DNA of 64,000 nucleotides, from the NCBI GenBank assembly GCA_963718615.1, contig OY970368.1, positions 4,992,001 through 5,056,000 of the forward strand, written 5' to 3'. The position numbers were made by a program, and so were the translations under genes. This DNA is from an uncultured cyanobacterium (lineage in GTDB: Bacteria; Cyanobacteriota; Cyanobacteriia; PCC-9006; JAAUQQ01). Shown here piece after piece: positions 50,226 through 59,875 of this stretch (position 1 is the first letter of the stretch; each line of letters starts with the position of its first letter). The notes beneath the pieces were generated by a model that worked only from the letters and a program-made list of their open reading frames with translations, was not told the DNA's origin and ran no database searches.

Positions 50226-52157
50226 CTATACAGTCGCCGCCTCGCGTTTTTTTGCAGACTGTACTTCGAGATAAATCAACAGGGCATTCACATCCGCCGG
50301 ATTAACCCCCCCAATGCGCGAGGCTTGGCCAATGGTTAGCGGACGGACTTGGGTGAGCTTTTCGCGAGCTTCCATGGAGAGGGTTTCGATCGCCATATAG
50401 TCCAAATTATCGGCTAACTTACGGTGTTCTTGACGGGCGATCGCATCAATTTGCTTCTGTTGCCGCTGCAAATACCCTGAATATTTAATCTCAATCTCCG
50501 CTCCTTCCTTTTCTTCCCGAGCCAGCGACGCCGTACCGAGGCCATAATGGTCCAAATCGCCATAGTGAAATCCAGGCCGACGCAGCAGATCTGCCAAGGT
50601 AATGGCATCTTTAATTTTTTGCTCGGTGTCTGCCATGATCTGCTGACCAACGGCTTCGTGGGCTTTGATGCGGGTGCTGTGGAGGCGTGCTTTTTCGGCG
50701 GTGATCTGGGCTTGCTTTTGCTGGAACAACTGCCAACGGCGATCGTCAATCAGGCCAATTTCTCGACCCACAGGCGTCAAGCGCTGATCGGCATTATCCG
50801 ATCGCAACAGCAACCGATATTCCGACCGACTGGTCAGCATCCGATAGGGCTCACGCAACTCTTTCGTACACAAATCATCTAGTAGCGTTCCCAAATAGCT
50901 CTGTTCCCGAGGGAAGATTACCGGGTCTTGGCCGCGCACCAACCGCACGGCATTAATCCCGGCCACGATGCCCTGGGCAGCGGCTTCTTCATAACCCGTG
51001 GTGCCATTGATTTGCCCTGCACAAAATAGCCCTTCGACGCGTTTGGTCATCATCGAGGGAAAGCATTGGGTCGCAGGCAAATAGTCATATTCGACGGCGT
51101 AGGCCGGTCGCAGCATGGTACAGTTTTCGAGGCCCGGTAGCGTACGCAACAGTACCAGTTGCAAATTCTCAGGCAGTCCAGTAGAAAATCCTTGAATATA
51201 CAACTCCGGGATGTCGCGCCCCTCCGGTTCAATAAAAATTTGGTGCGAGTCCTTATCGGCAAACCGCACGATCTTATCTTCGATGCTGGGGCAATAGCGC
51301 GGGCCTTTGGCATCGACGTAGCCGCCATAAATCGGCGTTAAGTGCAGGTTCTCCCGAATCATTTGGTGGGTGGCGGCGGTGGTGCGGGTGAGGTAGCAGG
51401 GCATTTGCTCTCGCTCCACCCAGGCGTCCGGGTCAAAGCTAAACCAACGCACATCTTCGTCGCCCGGTTGGGGTTCGAGAACACTGTAATTGACTGAGCG
51501 TTTATCAACGCGGGCGGGGGTGCCGGTTTTGAGGCGATCGGTTTCAAATCCCAAGCGGTTCAGGGTTTCCGTTAGCCCAACCGCCGCAAATTCCCCGGCC
51601 CGACCCGCTGGCATGGATTTGTTGCCCACCCAAATCTTGCCCCCCAGGAACGTACCGGTTGTTAAAACAACTGCTTTTGCCTTAAATGCTGCACCAAAGT
51701 AGGTCTCAACGCCCTGGACTTCTTCGTTTGGCCCCAGGATCAGATCGGTGACCATGCCCTCGCGCACCAGCAAATTTTCCTGGTTATCGACGATCTGTTT
51801 CATGATCGCGGCATATTCCCGCTTATCGGTTTGCGCTCGTAGCGCCCAGACGGCGGGGCCTCGGGAGGCGTTGAGAATGCGTTTTTGCAAGTAGGTGCGA
51901 TCGGCCAGTTTGCCAATTTCACCGCCCAGGGCATCGACTTCGTGGGTGAGCTGGGATTTGGCAGGGCCACCGACGGCGGGGTTGCAGGGTTGCCAGGCGA
52001 TGCGATCGAGATTCAGCGTTAGCAGCATGGTTTTGCAGCCCAACCGTGCCGCCGCCAGGGCTGCTTCACACCCGGCATGACCGGCCCCGACGACGATGAC
52101 GTCGAATTCGTCTTGGAAGTCGCGTGGGAAATTATGGGTAGCGATCGCAGTGGGCAT
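50226..52157 (-). CDS. mnmG: tRNA U34 carboxymethylaminomethyl modification enzyme MnmG/GidA
   Basis: [46 protein letters not shown]; ATG at 52157 preferred. Confidence 0.98.
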   Translation of the reverse strand: MPTAIATHNFPRDFQDEFDVIVVGAGHAGCEAALAAARLGCKTMLLTLNLDRIAWQPCNPAVGGPAKSQLTHEVDALGGEIGKLADRTYLQKRILNASRGPAVWALRAQTDKREYAAIMKQIVDNQENLLVREGMVTDLILGPNEEVQGVETYFGAAFKAKAVVLTTGTFLGGKIWVGNKSMPAGRAGEFAAVGLTETLNRLGFETDRLKTGTPARVDKRSVNYSVLEPQPGDEDVRWFSFDPDAWVEREQMPCYLTRTTAATHQMIRENLHLTPIYGGYVDAKGPRYCPSIEDKIVRFADKDSHQIFIEPEGRDIPELYIQGFSTGLPENLQLVLLRTLPGLENCTMLRPAYAVEYDYLPATQCFPSMMTKRVEGLFCAGQINGTTGYEEAAAQGIVAGINAVRLVRGQDPVIFPREQSYLGTLLDDLCTKELREPYRMLTSRSEYRLLLRSDNADQRLTPVGREIGLIDDRRWQLFQQKQAQITAEKARLHSTRIKAHEAVGQQIMADTEQKIKDAITLADLLRRPGFHYGDLDHYGLGTASLAREEKEGAEIEIKYSGYLQRQQKQIDAIARQEHRKLADNLDYMAIETLSMEAREKLTQVRPLTIGQASRIGGVNPADVNALLIYLEVQSAKKREAATV

Positions 52158-52356
52158 GAGAACAGGTATGGCTCTGTCAGGGACTAGAGCCTTTATTTTA
52201 TCGGATTCTACGAATTCCCTGTTAGCTGGCTCCGTATACAGATCTTGCACTTATCCTTTGCGGCAATCGATCATTCTGAATTCCTCAGCAAAGATCGTCT
52301 GTGGCCAGGGTTGATAGATAATTGATTGGCAGGAATCAAATGCTCCACAGTCAATT

Positions 52357-52473
52357 ATGAAGTTGCTGACTCGCGACGCTACTGACTATATCAATGACCA
52401 TCTAGACCAGGGGTTGAGTTTAGACAAATTAGCGACGATCGCCCACCTCAGCCCTTATCACTATGCATATTAG
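52357..52473 (+). pseudogene. AraC-family HTH fragment
   Basis: MKLLTRDATDYINDHLDQGLSLDKLATIAHLSPYHYAY* is the first AraC HTH, truncated. Confidence 0.7.
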
Positions 52474-52661
52474 GGTTTCTAGGGATTTCGATTGCAAGCC
52501 ATATCCCGAAAGGGCTTCGGGAAATTTTAGTGCTTAATATCGCAAGTTTTGTCCTGTACAGAGCGAAATAGTAGGTCCTCTGGGCCATCTCATCAACAGA
52601 TACTTACCCTTTTCCACAGGGTAGAAATCGATAAAATCGTTGCTGATACAGAGTTTCAGCT

Positions 52662-52684
52662 ATCCTTACCTTTAGAGTACTACC
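52662..52684. mobile_element. possible IS1-family terminal repeat remnant
   Basis: TCCTTACCTTTAGAGTACTACC (GGTAGT... on the minus strand) abuts the point where the intI-like frame stops; recognised from memory of IS1 ends. Confidence 0.3.
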
Positions 52685-52718
52685 CCTGGTCAAGCAATTT
52701 TTTGGGTCTGGGTTCCAT
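52680..52718 (-). pseudogene. 5' stub of an integron integrase-like gene
   Basis: MEPRPKKLLDQG* matches the typical IntI N-terminus (..PKKLLDQVR..); divergent from the attI-like site as in canonical integrons. Confidence 0.65.
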
Positions 52719-52797
52719 GGCGGTTTCATAGAGAAAAGTTACGAAACCCTAACTTGCATAATATTTTATAAAGGACGCCGTGCTATCTGGCAGGGTA

Positions 52798-52944
52798 GCT
52801 ATACTGAAATGAGTCCACCTAATCTACTAATGAAGGTGTTATGCAGACATATGGCTACCTAATCTCCTTTAGGGAATTGTTAGATGGACAGATTTCCATC
52901 TAACGCGTCCAAAGCGTGACTAGATGGACTAGATTCAGTCCAAT
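52798..52944. repeat. phased array of four 26-bp imperfect palindromes (40-41 bp period)
   Basis: Units start at 52798, 52838, 52879 (perfect GTTAGATGGA-N6-TCCATCTAAC) and 52919. Confidence 0.8.
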
Positions 52945-52957
52945 AATATTGTTAAAT
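52918..52957 (+). other. attI-like recombination site (locus B)
   Basis: GACTAGATGGACTAGATTCAGTCCAATAATATTG|TTAAAT; 29/40 identical to the locus A site; lies between the intI stub and the first attC. Confidence 0.7.
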
Positions 52958-53041
52958 CGCAGCGGCAATATGAATCACTGAGGAGGCTTGCCTATAGATT
53001 TAATGTTAGCGCTTGGGAACACTACAAACAACTCCGCTACG

Positions 53042-53157
53042 AATTAACATATCGCTGCAACCGACGCAACAAAAAAAGGATTGATGAGCCAGCCGCGCTA
53101 TCAACATGCGTTGATAATAGCTAGATTTCTTGGCGTGGCTGAGCTAAATCGTTAGAC
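53042..53157 (+). other. integron attC site (locus B, proximal)
   Basis: AATTAAC-ATATCGCTGCAACCGACGC ... GCGTGGCTGAGCTAAATC-GTTAGAC; 116 bp. Confidence 0.75.
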
Positions 53158-53199
53158 AGAAAACCTATAATTTATAAATATGATTCATAGACTAACTTT

Positions 53200-54621
53200 A
53201 TGGAATGTAAAGCGAAGAAGTATTTCTCAGTTGAAGTTGACTTTGAGCTAGACTTTTGCACGCATGAAGCGAAAATTTACACAACAGACAGGTTTTATGA
53301 GCTGAAGACAGTATCTGGTGAGTTAGGCGCAGAATCTAGTTCTGATAAAAAAGCCTTTTTAGTGATAGAGGTATGGACTCAATTGAATGACACTGAGTCT
53401 TCCATAAATGTTCTTTTAAATACTCGGACTCCTATTCTAATTCTTCTTAGTATAATTAGCTATCTCTTAGATTATCCATTGACTATTTATGAAGCAGCAT
53501 CAGGCGAAACTGGGATTGCCTCAGATGAAAAACCTAATAAAATCAAAGTTTCAAAGTTTGTTCACAGTAAGATTGACAAATCAGATGACCTCCTCAAAAT
53601 TTTAGAAGCTATTTATGAGAGTGGAGAAAGCGTCAATGAATTTTTGGTTTCTGTCTTAAGTCGTTGGCATAAAGCTCGTTATTTAGAAGAACAAGATGAT
53701 GCTAGCTTATATTACGAGGAGAGCTTTCTGGTTTATTTCCATGTTATAGAATTATGCTCTAATCATTACAGCAACCAACAAAGCAAGGAAGCGCAAGACC
53801 AAATAGAAAGATTTACAAGAGAACTTCTTTCAAATACGTTAAAACTGCGGGACAATCAATTAGAACAAGCTAGTCAAGAGAAATACAAGGCAGTTCGCTC
53901 GATTTTGCTGGCTGATGGGCAAATATCAATAACATCAAAAACATGTTATTTTCTAGATCGAGTAAAGTTATTAGACCTCAAAACACAGTATTTTGTAGAG
54001 CAACTGGTTAAAATACGTAATACGATTGCACATGGTCGTCCTGTAAATCACAAAACACTAAGCTGGCCTCTGCCACCATTTTTCTCGATCAATGGTGATG
54101 TAGGAAATTTTATCTTTGAAATCAGGGCATTTACAGGTCGAGTTATTGGCGCGTATCTATCAATTGAAGCTTGGATGGATAAGTGGTCGGATGTCCATGA
54201 TTGTTTACATGTGCCGCCAGAATATATCAAAAAATTCATAAATGAGAACTCCTTTAAATCTATTTCACCAACTGATTTCCTAAAAGGTACGATAGAGGGC
54301 GTAAGACCAAGCTCTTTGGTGAAGCAATTTTTATTAAATAGGATGAAATTTCATGAGCTTGAAATAGGATTGAAGTCATTTTTGCTTGATGTAAAAGTTG
54401 ATGAAGATAGCGCTTTTGAAATTTTTGAGGCATCAATAGTGTTGGCAGACTCATCAGACAAGCAATTATCTGATAGATGCAGAAATATAGTATTTGATAT
54501 ACATAAAAACGAATTAGCGTGGTATTCAAATATAAAAGATGTTCTTAGAGAAATAGAGCAGCAAGGAGTTAAGTTGGTCTGGTTTCGTGAATGGATCGAA
54601 ACTGGTGGTCATAGGAGCTAA
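53200..54621 (+). CDS. HEPN-motif (ApeA-like) cassette protein, candidate antiphage RNase
   Basis: AT-rich; SFLVYFHVIEL followed by RNTIAH (RxxxxH); flanked by GTTAGAC and attC. Confidence 0.7.
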   Translation: MECKAKKYFSVEVDFELDFCTHEAKIYTTDRFYELKTVSGELGAESSSDKKAFLVIEVWTQLNDTESSINVLLNTRTPILILLSIISYLLDYPLTIYEAASGETGIASDEKPNKIKVSKFVHSKIDKSDDLLKILEAIYESGESVNEFLVSVLSRWHKARYLEEQDDASLYYEESFLVYFHVIELCSNHYSNQQSKEAQDQIERFTRELLSNTLKLRDNQLEQASQEKYKAVRSILLADGQISITSKTCYFLDRVKLLDLKTQYFVEQLVKIRNTIAHGRPVNHKTLSWPLPPFFSINGDVGNFIFEIRAFTGRVIGAYLSIEAWMDKWSDVHDCLHVPPEYIKKFINENSFKSISPTDFLKGTIEGVRPSSLVKQFLLNRMKFHELEIGLKSFLLDVKVDEDSAFEIFEASIVLADSSDKQLSDRCRNIVFDIHKNELAWYSNIKDVLREIEQQGVKLVWFREWIETGGHRS

Positions 54622-54651
54622 GCTGTGAACCAATTGCTATGAAAGAAATCT

Positions 54652-54739
54652 GTCTAACAATCCCGTTGCACACCGACCGTATAAAGTTGGTTGGTCAAGC
54701 CCAAGAGGTAATGGCGGCAGGTGAACGGGGTCGTTAGAT
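54652..54739 (+). other. integron attC site (locus B, distal)
   Basis: GTCTAAC-AATCCCGTTgCACaCCGaCCG ... CGGCAGGTGAACGGGGTC-GTTAGAT; TCTGTCTAAC is the exact complement of the cassette start GTTAGACAGA. Confidence 0.88.
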
Positions 54740-55474
54740 GGAATCCGGGTCCACCCCAATTGACCTCAAATAGTCCGCCAAGCGATCAGCCCGCTGGCGC
54801 TCTTCCCTGAGCTGTCGCCGCTCTGCGCTGAGCTGTTCTTGCAAATCTCCAATCACCTGCTCCGAGAAAGGATACGGCTGACCCTGGGCATCGTGCCACA
54901 GCAACACCTCCTGCTCAATACCGCCCACCACCTGTCGCCCGCGCCCCAAACCTAAACCGATCTCTGCCATCCAAAAGGGTTCACCGATTTGGAGCTGATA
55001 GACCCCGTTTTCTAAGCGATACAGCTCGAAGGGTTGATGCTGATCGCGCCGCCAATACTCAGGGTTGTAGATGACGGAGTAACGCACGCCAAGACGAGCA
55101 TAGAGGTCGAGTTTTTCCTCATATTCTCCGTTGTAACGATGGGAGACCATTTCGAGGGTGAGGATGGGTACGATTTCGTTCTCTTCCCAGACGGCGTAGC
55201 TTTTGCGGGACTTGCCATCCTTTTTGCGTTCTACGCCCAGGCTCAAAAATGCATCCGGCACCACGGGCACTCGGGGATTCAGTCCAGTGGTGTGGTAGAC
55301 CGCCATATCAACGGCAAAAAACCAATCCATCCGTTCGGACCAAAGATTGGCCAGGGCCAAGAGGAGGAGATTGGGCAGGAGGTTTTGATCTTCGTTGTCC
55401 ACGGGGGTATCGTCCGAGCAGGGCAACTCGTCAGTTGTCGGTAATGCTGTAACATCCAGCGGCTGGGAAACCAT
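54734..55474 (-). CDS. Uma2 family putative endonuclease
   Basis: LPCSDDTPVDNEDQ, VPDAFLSLGV, LEMVS, EKLDLYARLGV, C-terminal coiled coil. Confidence 0.92.
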   Translation of the reverse strand: MVSQPLDVTALPTTDELPCSDDTPVDNEDQNLLPNLLLLALANLWSERMDWFFAVDMAVYHTTGLNPRVPVVPDAFLSLGVERKKDGKSRKSYAVWEENEIVPILTLEMVSHRYNGEYEEKLDLYARLGVRYSVIYNPEYWRRDQHQPFELYRLENGVYQLQIGEPFWMAEIGLGLGRGRQVVGGIEQEVLLWHDAQGQPYPFSEQVIGDLQEQLSAERRQLREERQRADRLADYLRSIGVDPDSI

Positions 55475-55576
55475 GGCAACCTAGAACAAATCTACTTCTC
55501 ATTCTAACCAATCTAGCCTAAGCGCAGCATTGCCATCCTGTCATCCAGATATGGCAGATATGGGCAGGTATAGGGA

Positions 55577-56185
55577 TTAGAGTTGCTCTAGCCACTGGGG
55601 CCATTGTTCAGATTGAAGGATGATTTTGGCGAGGGCTTGGTAGCCTTTGGCGTTGGGGTGGGCTCCGTCGTTGGCGATCGCCTCTTCCATCCAAGCCGAA
55701 TTTTTCAACAGGGCTTGGCAGGTTGAAACATAGGGAATCTGGAGGGATTGGCAAAGGTCGGCCAGTTTGCGATTGAGGGGGGCCAGTCTGCGGTTGGCTT
55801 CGGGGTCGTCGGCGATCGGTGGGGATTCAATCATCAAGACGGTGCCTAGTTTTTGGGCTTGGCTCAAGATGGCTTGGGCGTAGGCGAGGCTATCGGCGGG
55901 GCTGACTCTGGGTTGGCCGGTGTCGTCGTCGAGATCAACATCGTTGGCCCCAAAGCAAAACACGAAGCCGGTGCCAGCGGTTTCGGCGAGGCGGCAGTGG
56001 ACTTCTCGTTGCCAGCGTTGGTGGATGAGTTGGCTAGTGTCGCCCCGGATGCCGAGGTTGTAGCAGGTGATGGCGGTGCCTTGGGCAAGAGTTGCTGCAC
56101 AAATGCGACTGACCCAGCCAAGGCAGGTGGGGTCGCCGGTGCCGTTGGTGAAGGAGTCGCCGATGAAGAAGATGCGGGGGCTCAT
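55577..56185 (-). CDS. GDSL/SGNH hydrolase
   Basis: FIGDSFT, NLGIRGDT, FGANDV, DGAHPN. Confidence 0.92.
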   Translation of the reverse strand: MSPRIFFIGDSFTNGTGDPTCLGWVSRICAATLAQGTAITCYNLGIRGDTSQLIHQRWQREVHCRLAETAGTGFVFCFGANDVDLDDDTGQPRVSPADSLAYAQAILSQAQKLGTVLMIESPPIADDPEANRRLAPLNRKLADLCQSLQIPYVSTCQALLKNSAWMEEAIANDGAHPNAKGYQALAKIILQSEQWPQWLEQL

Positions 56186-56300
56186 GAAGAGACTTCTATT
56201 GCCTGTGGGGTATGGTGTCTGAGGTTTTTACCTATGAATCATATGCGATCGCTTTTTGTAATTATAATGTAGTTATTCAGTGGTGTGCGATATCAACGGT

Positions 56301-56588
56301 ATGGATAAAATCAGGTTCGAATGGGATCCGCACAAGGCAGAGGCCAATTATCGCAAGCACGGTATTTCTTTCGAGGAAGCTCAGACAGCTTTTTACGATG
56401 ACAAGGCTAGGTTAATCCATGATCCTGAACATTCTCTAAACGAAGACCGCTACATTTTGCTTGGCTTCAGTCAGGTATTGCGGTTGTTAATTGTGTGCCA
56501 TGTGTACCGGGAGAATGATGAGGTCATTCGAATTATTTCGGCACGTCTTGCGGCGAAGTCGGAACGCAGGCAGTACGAGGGCTTTTAA
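56301..56588 (+). CDS. BrnT family toxin
   Basis: FEWDPHKAEANYRKHGISFEEA, EDRY, IRIISARLA. Confidence 0.92.
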   Translation: MDKIRFEWDPHKAEANYRKHGISFEEAQTAFYDDKARLIHDPEHSLNEDRYILLGFSQVLRLLIVCHVYRENDEVIRIISARLAAKSERRQYEGF

Positions 56589-56589
56589 T

Positions 56590-56817
56590 ATGCAACAGGA
56601 ATACGATTTTTCTCATTCGGTTCAAAATCCTTATATCAAGAAGCTGAAGAAGCAAATTACGATTCGGCTGGAAGAGGAGGTAGTAGATTATTTTAAACAG
56701 TTAGCTGAGGAGACTGATATTCCTTATCAGAGTTTGATTAATCTGTATCTTAAGGACTGTGTGCGATCGCAACGCAAAATCGCGATCGCGTGGAAGGATT
56801 CGGCTTTGGCTGAATAG
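56590..56817 (+). CDS. BrnA family antitoxin (RHH)
   Basis: EYDFS, ITIRLEEEVVDYFK, IPYQSLINLYL; starts 1 nt after the toxin stop. Confidence 0.9.
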   Translation: MQQEYDFSHSVQNPYIKKLKKQITIRLEEEVVDYFKQLAEETDIPYQSLINLYLKDCVRSQRKIAIAWKDSALAE

Positions 56818-56854
56818 GAGAAAACAAATCGAGGTTCCACAGAAAAAGACGAAG

Positions 56855-56944
56855 CGTACAAACACGACTGAGCTAGCCGAGGCAGGTGCGATCGCCCGTG
56901 CCGTTGGTGAAGGAATCGCCGATGAAGAAGATGCGGGGGCTCAT
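56855..56944 (-). pseudogene. duplicated 5' fragment of the GDSL hydrolase gene
   Basis: MSPRIFFIGDSFTNGTGDRTCLG* nearly identical to the start of 56185..55577, with W changed to TAG. Confidence 0.85.
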
Positions 56945-57306
56945 TGTAGGGACAGTGGCCTGATGCTGCGTTCGACGGCAATTTTGAGCGCTTTGGCTTT
57001 GCGGACGAGCCCTCGGCGATATAGCTTCATGAGAAATTGGAGTTCTTGGCGTTCTGCTGAGGTGAGTTGATTTTCGCGTTGACGACTGAGCAGGGTGTTG
57101 AGGGTGTCTTGTTGCTGGTCGTCGAGTTGCATGTTGCAGAGAGCGAGCACTTGACTGTCAGGCAGTGTTTCAATGGGGTGTTCGGTGAAGCTATGGGTAA
57201 GCCATTCGAGCAGGATGTCTTCGATGCCCTGCTGGCTTTGATTCGCGAGTTGTTGCGCCTGTTGGAGTATGCCGTCGGGGATGCTGAGGCTGATGGTTTG
57301 GGCCAT
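56941..57306 (-). CDS. small conserved hypothetical protein (antitoxin-like)
   Basis: 121 aa; RHH-like N-terminus, LTSAERQEL...KAKAL motif; ATGA overlap with the GDSL fragment. Confidence 0.7.
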   Translation of the reverse strand: MAQTISLSIPDGILQQAQQLANQSQQGIEDILLEWLTHSFTEHPIETLPDSQVLALCNMQLDDQQQDTLNTLLSRQRENQLTSAERQELQFLMKLYRRGLVRKAKALKIAVERSIRPLSLQ

Positions 57307-57350
57307 GGGTGGTGGGTTGGGAGTGCTTGTGTTCTAGTTTAGCGTGAGAG

Positions 57351-57536
57351 TATTGCCTGTGATTGACTTAACTGCGATCGCCATCTGTAATTACATTCTG
57401 TAATCATGATGTAGTTATTCACTGTATTTTGATGATGCAACAGGCATACGACTTTTCTCATTTGATGCAGAATCCTTAACGTAAAATCGCGATCGCATGG
57501 AATGATTCGGTTCTGGCTGAATTGCCAAGAAACAAG
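57351..57536 (+). pseudogene. internally deleted copy of the brnTA promoter and brnA ends
   Basis: TATTGCCTGTG, ATGTAGTTATTCA, ATGCAACAGG.ATACGA and AAAATCGCGATCGC.TGGAA.GATTCGG..TGGCTGAAT all match 56197-56827 in the same order. Confidence 0.8.
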
Positions 57537-57896
57537 GATTAAATAACAAGAAATTTGTAGGTTATTAAATTCACTACAATCGGCAATATTTTGAAGGATT
57601 GCCTGAATGCCGCGAAAACCAAGGGAGCTAAAGCCTCAATTTTGCCACCACATTACTGTGCTGACGAAATCCACGGAGTTACCAGGAAATCTCGGGGTGT
57701 TTCATGATCTGGTTATCTAGATACCTGCGGTAGGCTTCACGCTCTTCTACCAGCTTCTCGTAGTTCACTCCTTCCTCTATCGGCAGGCAGATGGTTTTGT
57801 CTCCTGCCTTCCCTCTCCTCTTGCGTTTGGCCATTACTCCAGGCCTCCTATTACGCTTTCTACGATCTTACTACCCTCACACAAACTCATATGGAA

Positions 57897-59819
57897 CTAG
57901 GGGCAATTCTTGTCTTTTGGGAAAAATATCAGTCTTGAGTTGCTAGTGATGTTGGCACATATATCTATGCGCAACAGAAGAGTATAAAAGAGATTGTACC
58001 CACGCATAAATTCTGGAGAAGGTATCACCTCATTAGGTATCCAAGGAGGCAACCCTGACAAACGGTACTCATGAGGGGTCACTAGCAGGTGACCTGGGAG
58101 ATGTCCCGTCGGCGCTGTGATGTCAAAACTCAATTTTTGATATAACTTCCAGCTTTTCCCTATGCCGAAAATGCCTTTATTGCACCAACCTACGTGGACA
58201 CCAAACTTTTCCCAGTTGCTATCGTATGTAGTCGGATAGCCGTAGTTAGACCAGATTTTGCATTGCACACTAAAGCCGAACTTGTTTTTGCTGTACTTTA
58301 CCCACAGACGATCGATGTTCTGTAAATCCAGGCATGGGAAATGCCTAATATCTTTAACTCGCAGCCAGCATTCTTTTTGCCGGTTCATCACTTTGCACAT
58401 GCGGTCAGCAGTTTCCGTGTCAGCAGCTTTCCAATCTTGAGCCGCAAGCAAATCGCGTAGTTTGGCATAGTAGTTCTCCCCAAATTGCTCTGAGCTTACA
58501 TCGTCTTTATCAAGCTGCTTTGATTTGACAGCCGCTTGGTTCTTTCGTTCTGCTTTGGCATGTTTCTGTCTTTCTGCCTCCCGTTGCCGTTGATCTACCG
58601 CTTGGGCGGCGGCTTGTCGTTGGCGCTCGGCTTCCGCTTCTCGTTGTTTTCGTGCGGCTTCCGCCTGTTCCTGGCGTTTGCGTTCAGCTTCTGCCTGCTG
58701 CTGGGCTTGGGCTTGCCGTTGGCGCTCCAGCTCAGCCACATATCCCGCTAAATCATAACCACCCAACGCCGCCCGCTCGATCGCGGCCACATCCTCCGGC
58801 TTCAGCCGTAGGTGGGCGCGATAGTCTTTCAAATCAGCAATGATGCGCGACCCCAAGGGTGATTCCTGCGCCAAGCACTGCCGCAGCGTCTCCTCGTAGT
58901 CCTGCCGCTTGCGCTGATACTCCCGATAGGGCTTCAGCACCTCCGCCTCAATCGCCTCCGCCTCCGCCCCAGCAATCTGTAGCTCCACCCGCAAGTTTAG
59001 GAGCAATCGCCGCGCCGGAATCGTAAATGCTCCCGATATCGCTCGACGCTCGACCTCCTTGCGATACTTCAGCTTCGGGTCATCCTGGGGAGACCGCGCC
59101 AGCCGAATCTGATACCCCTCCCCCTTGAGATGAATAATGTCAGGACTCATTACAGGCGAAGTCTCCCGAACCTTGCGCCCCGCATAGCGGTGCAGCTCAT
59201 CCACCGTGATCACCCCATCCCCATCGGCATCAGCGGCTCCACTGGCAATCCCCTCCACCAGGTAGCGGGTGTAGATCGACAACTCCTCGCCCTTTTCCTC
59301 AAAGGAATAATCCACCGCACTGGTCGAAGTCAGCACCACCCGACCCTCGGCCCCGAGCTGCTCCTTCAGATCAACTTCGCCATCATCCCGCGCCACCAGC
59401 TCCCCAAAGGCCCCGCTAAAGCAGCAGTCGAGAATCAGCACCTGATACTTGGCCTTACAACCGCGAATGCACTCATGGAGAAACCGTGCAGGGGTGGCCG
59501 TGGCGCGAATTAACTTATCACGCTGTTTTTCCGTATTCGCAGCGGCAAAGTAGAGATCGCGGCGATCGTCCTTCACCCCATGCCCCGAGAAGAACAACAG
59601 CACCAAATCCTCCGGCTGCCGATCCTGAAACCACAGCTCAATCTCCCGCGCCATCTCCGGCTGGGTGGGGTTAACCACAGATTTCGCTTCATCGAACCTA
59701 CCCATTTCCGGATTCAGCAACACCCGCCGCAACGCCGCCACATCCTGAGACGCAGCCGGTAACGGTTGCAACCCCTCGCCATAAGTATCAACGCCGATTA
59801 AGAGTGCATACTTTCCCAT
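57897..59819 (-). CDS. caspase-like peptidase C14 + coiled coil + GUN4-like domain protein
   Basis: KYALLIG, FFSGHG, LDCCFSG; YAKLRDLLAAQDWKAADTET, IDRLWVKYS..KFGFSVQ, APTGHLP. Confidence 0.9.
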   Translation of the reverse strand: MGKYALLIGVDTYGEGLQPLPAASQDVAALRRVLLNPEMGRFDEAKSVVNPTQPEMAREIELWFQDRQPEDLVLLFFSGHGVKDDRRDLYFAAANTEKQRDKLIRATATPARFLHECIRGCKAKYQVLILDCCFSGAFGELVARDDGEVDLKEQLGAEGRVVLTSTSAVDYSFEEKGEELSIYTRYLVEGIASGAADADGDGVITVDELHRYAGRKVRETSPVMSPDIIHLKGEGYQIRLARSPQDDPKLKYRKEVERRAISGAFTIPARRLLLNLRVELQIAGAEAEAIEAEVLKPYREYQRKRQDYEETLRQCLAQESPLGSRIIADLKDYRAHLRLKPEDVAAIERAALGGYDLAGYVAELERQRQAQAQQQAEAERKRQEQAEAARKQREAEAERQRQAAAQAVDQRQREAERQKHAKAERKNQAAVKSKQLDKDDVSSEQFGENYYAKLRDLLAAQDWKAADTETADRMCKVMNRQKECWLRVKDIRHFPCLDLQNIDRLWVKYSKNKFGFSVQCKIWSNYGYPTTYDSNWEKFGVHVGWCNKGIFGIGKSWKLYQKLSFDITAPTGHLPGHLLVTPHEYRLSGLPPWIPNEVIPSPEFMRGYNLFYTLLLRIDICANITSNSRLIFFPKDKNCP

Positions 59820-59875
59820 GGAACTGGTTTCAAAGGCTACGGCTGCGGGTCAGGATGAGTTTGCTCAGACCAAGC

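Noticed and set aside
50226-52157. Functional link between mnmG (tRNA-Lys wobble modification) and the PrrC-like nuclease
   Set aside because: They are about 25 kb apart and mnmG is a core gene; proximity is probably coincidental.
57897-58200. Diversity-generating retroelement target in the GUN4 C-terminus
   Set aside because: No template repeat or reverse transcriptase seen in the window.
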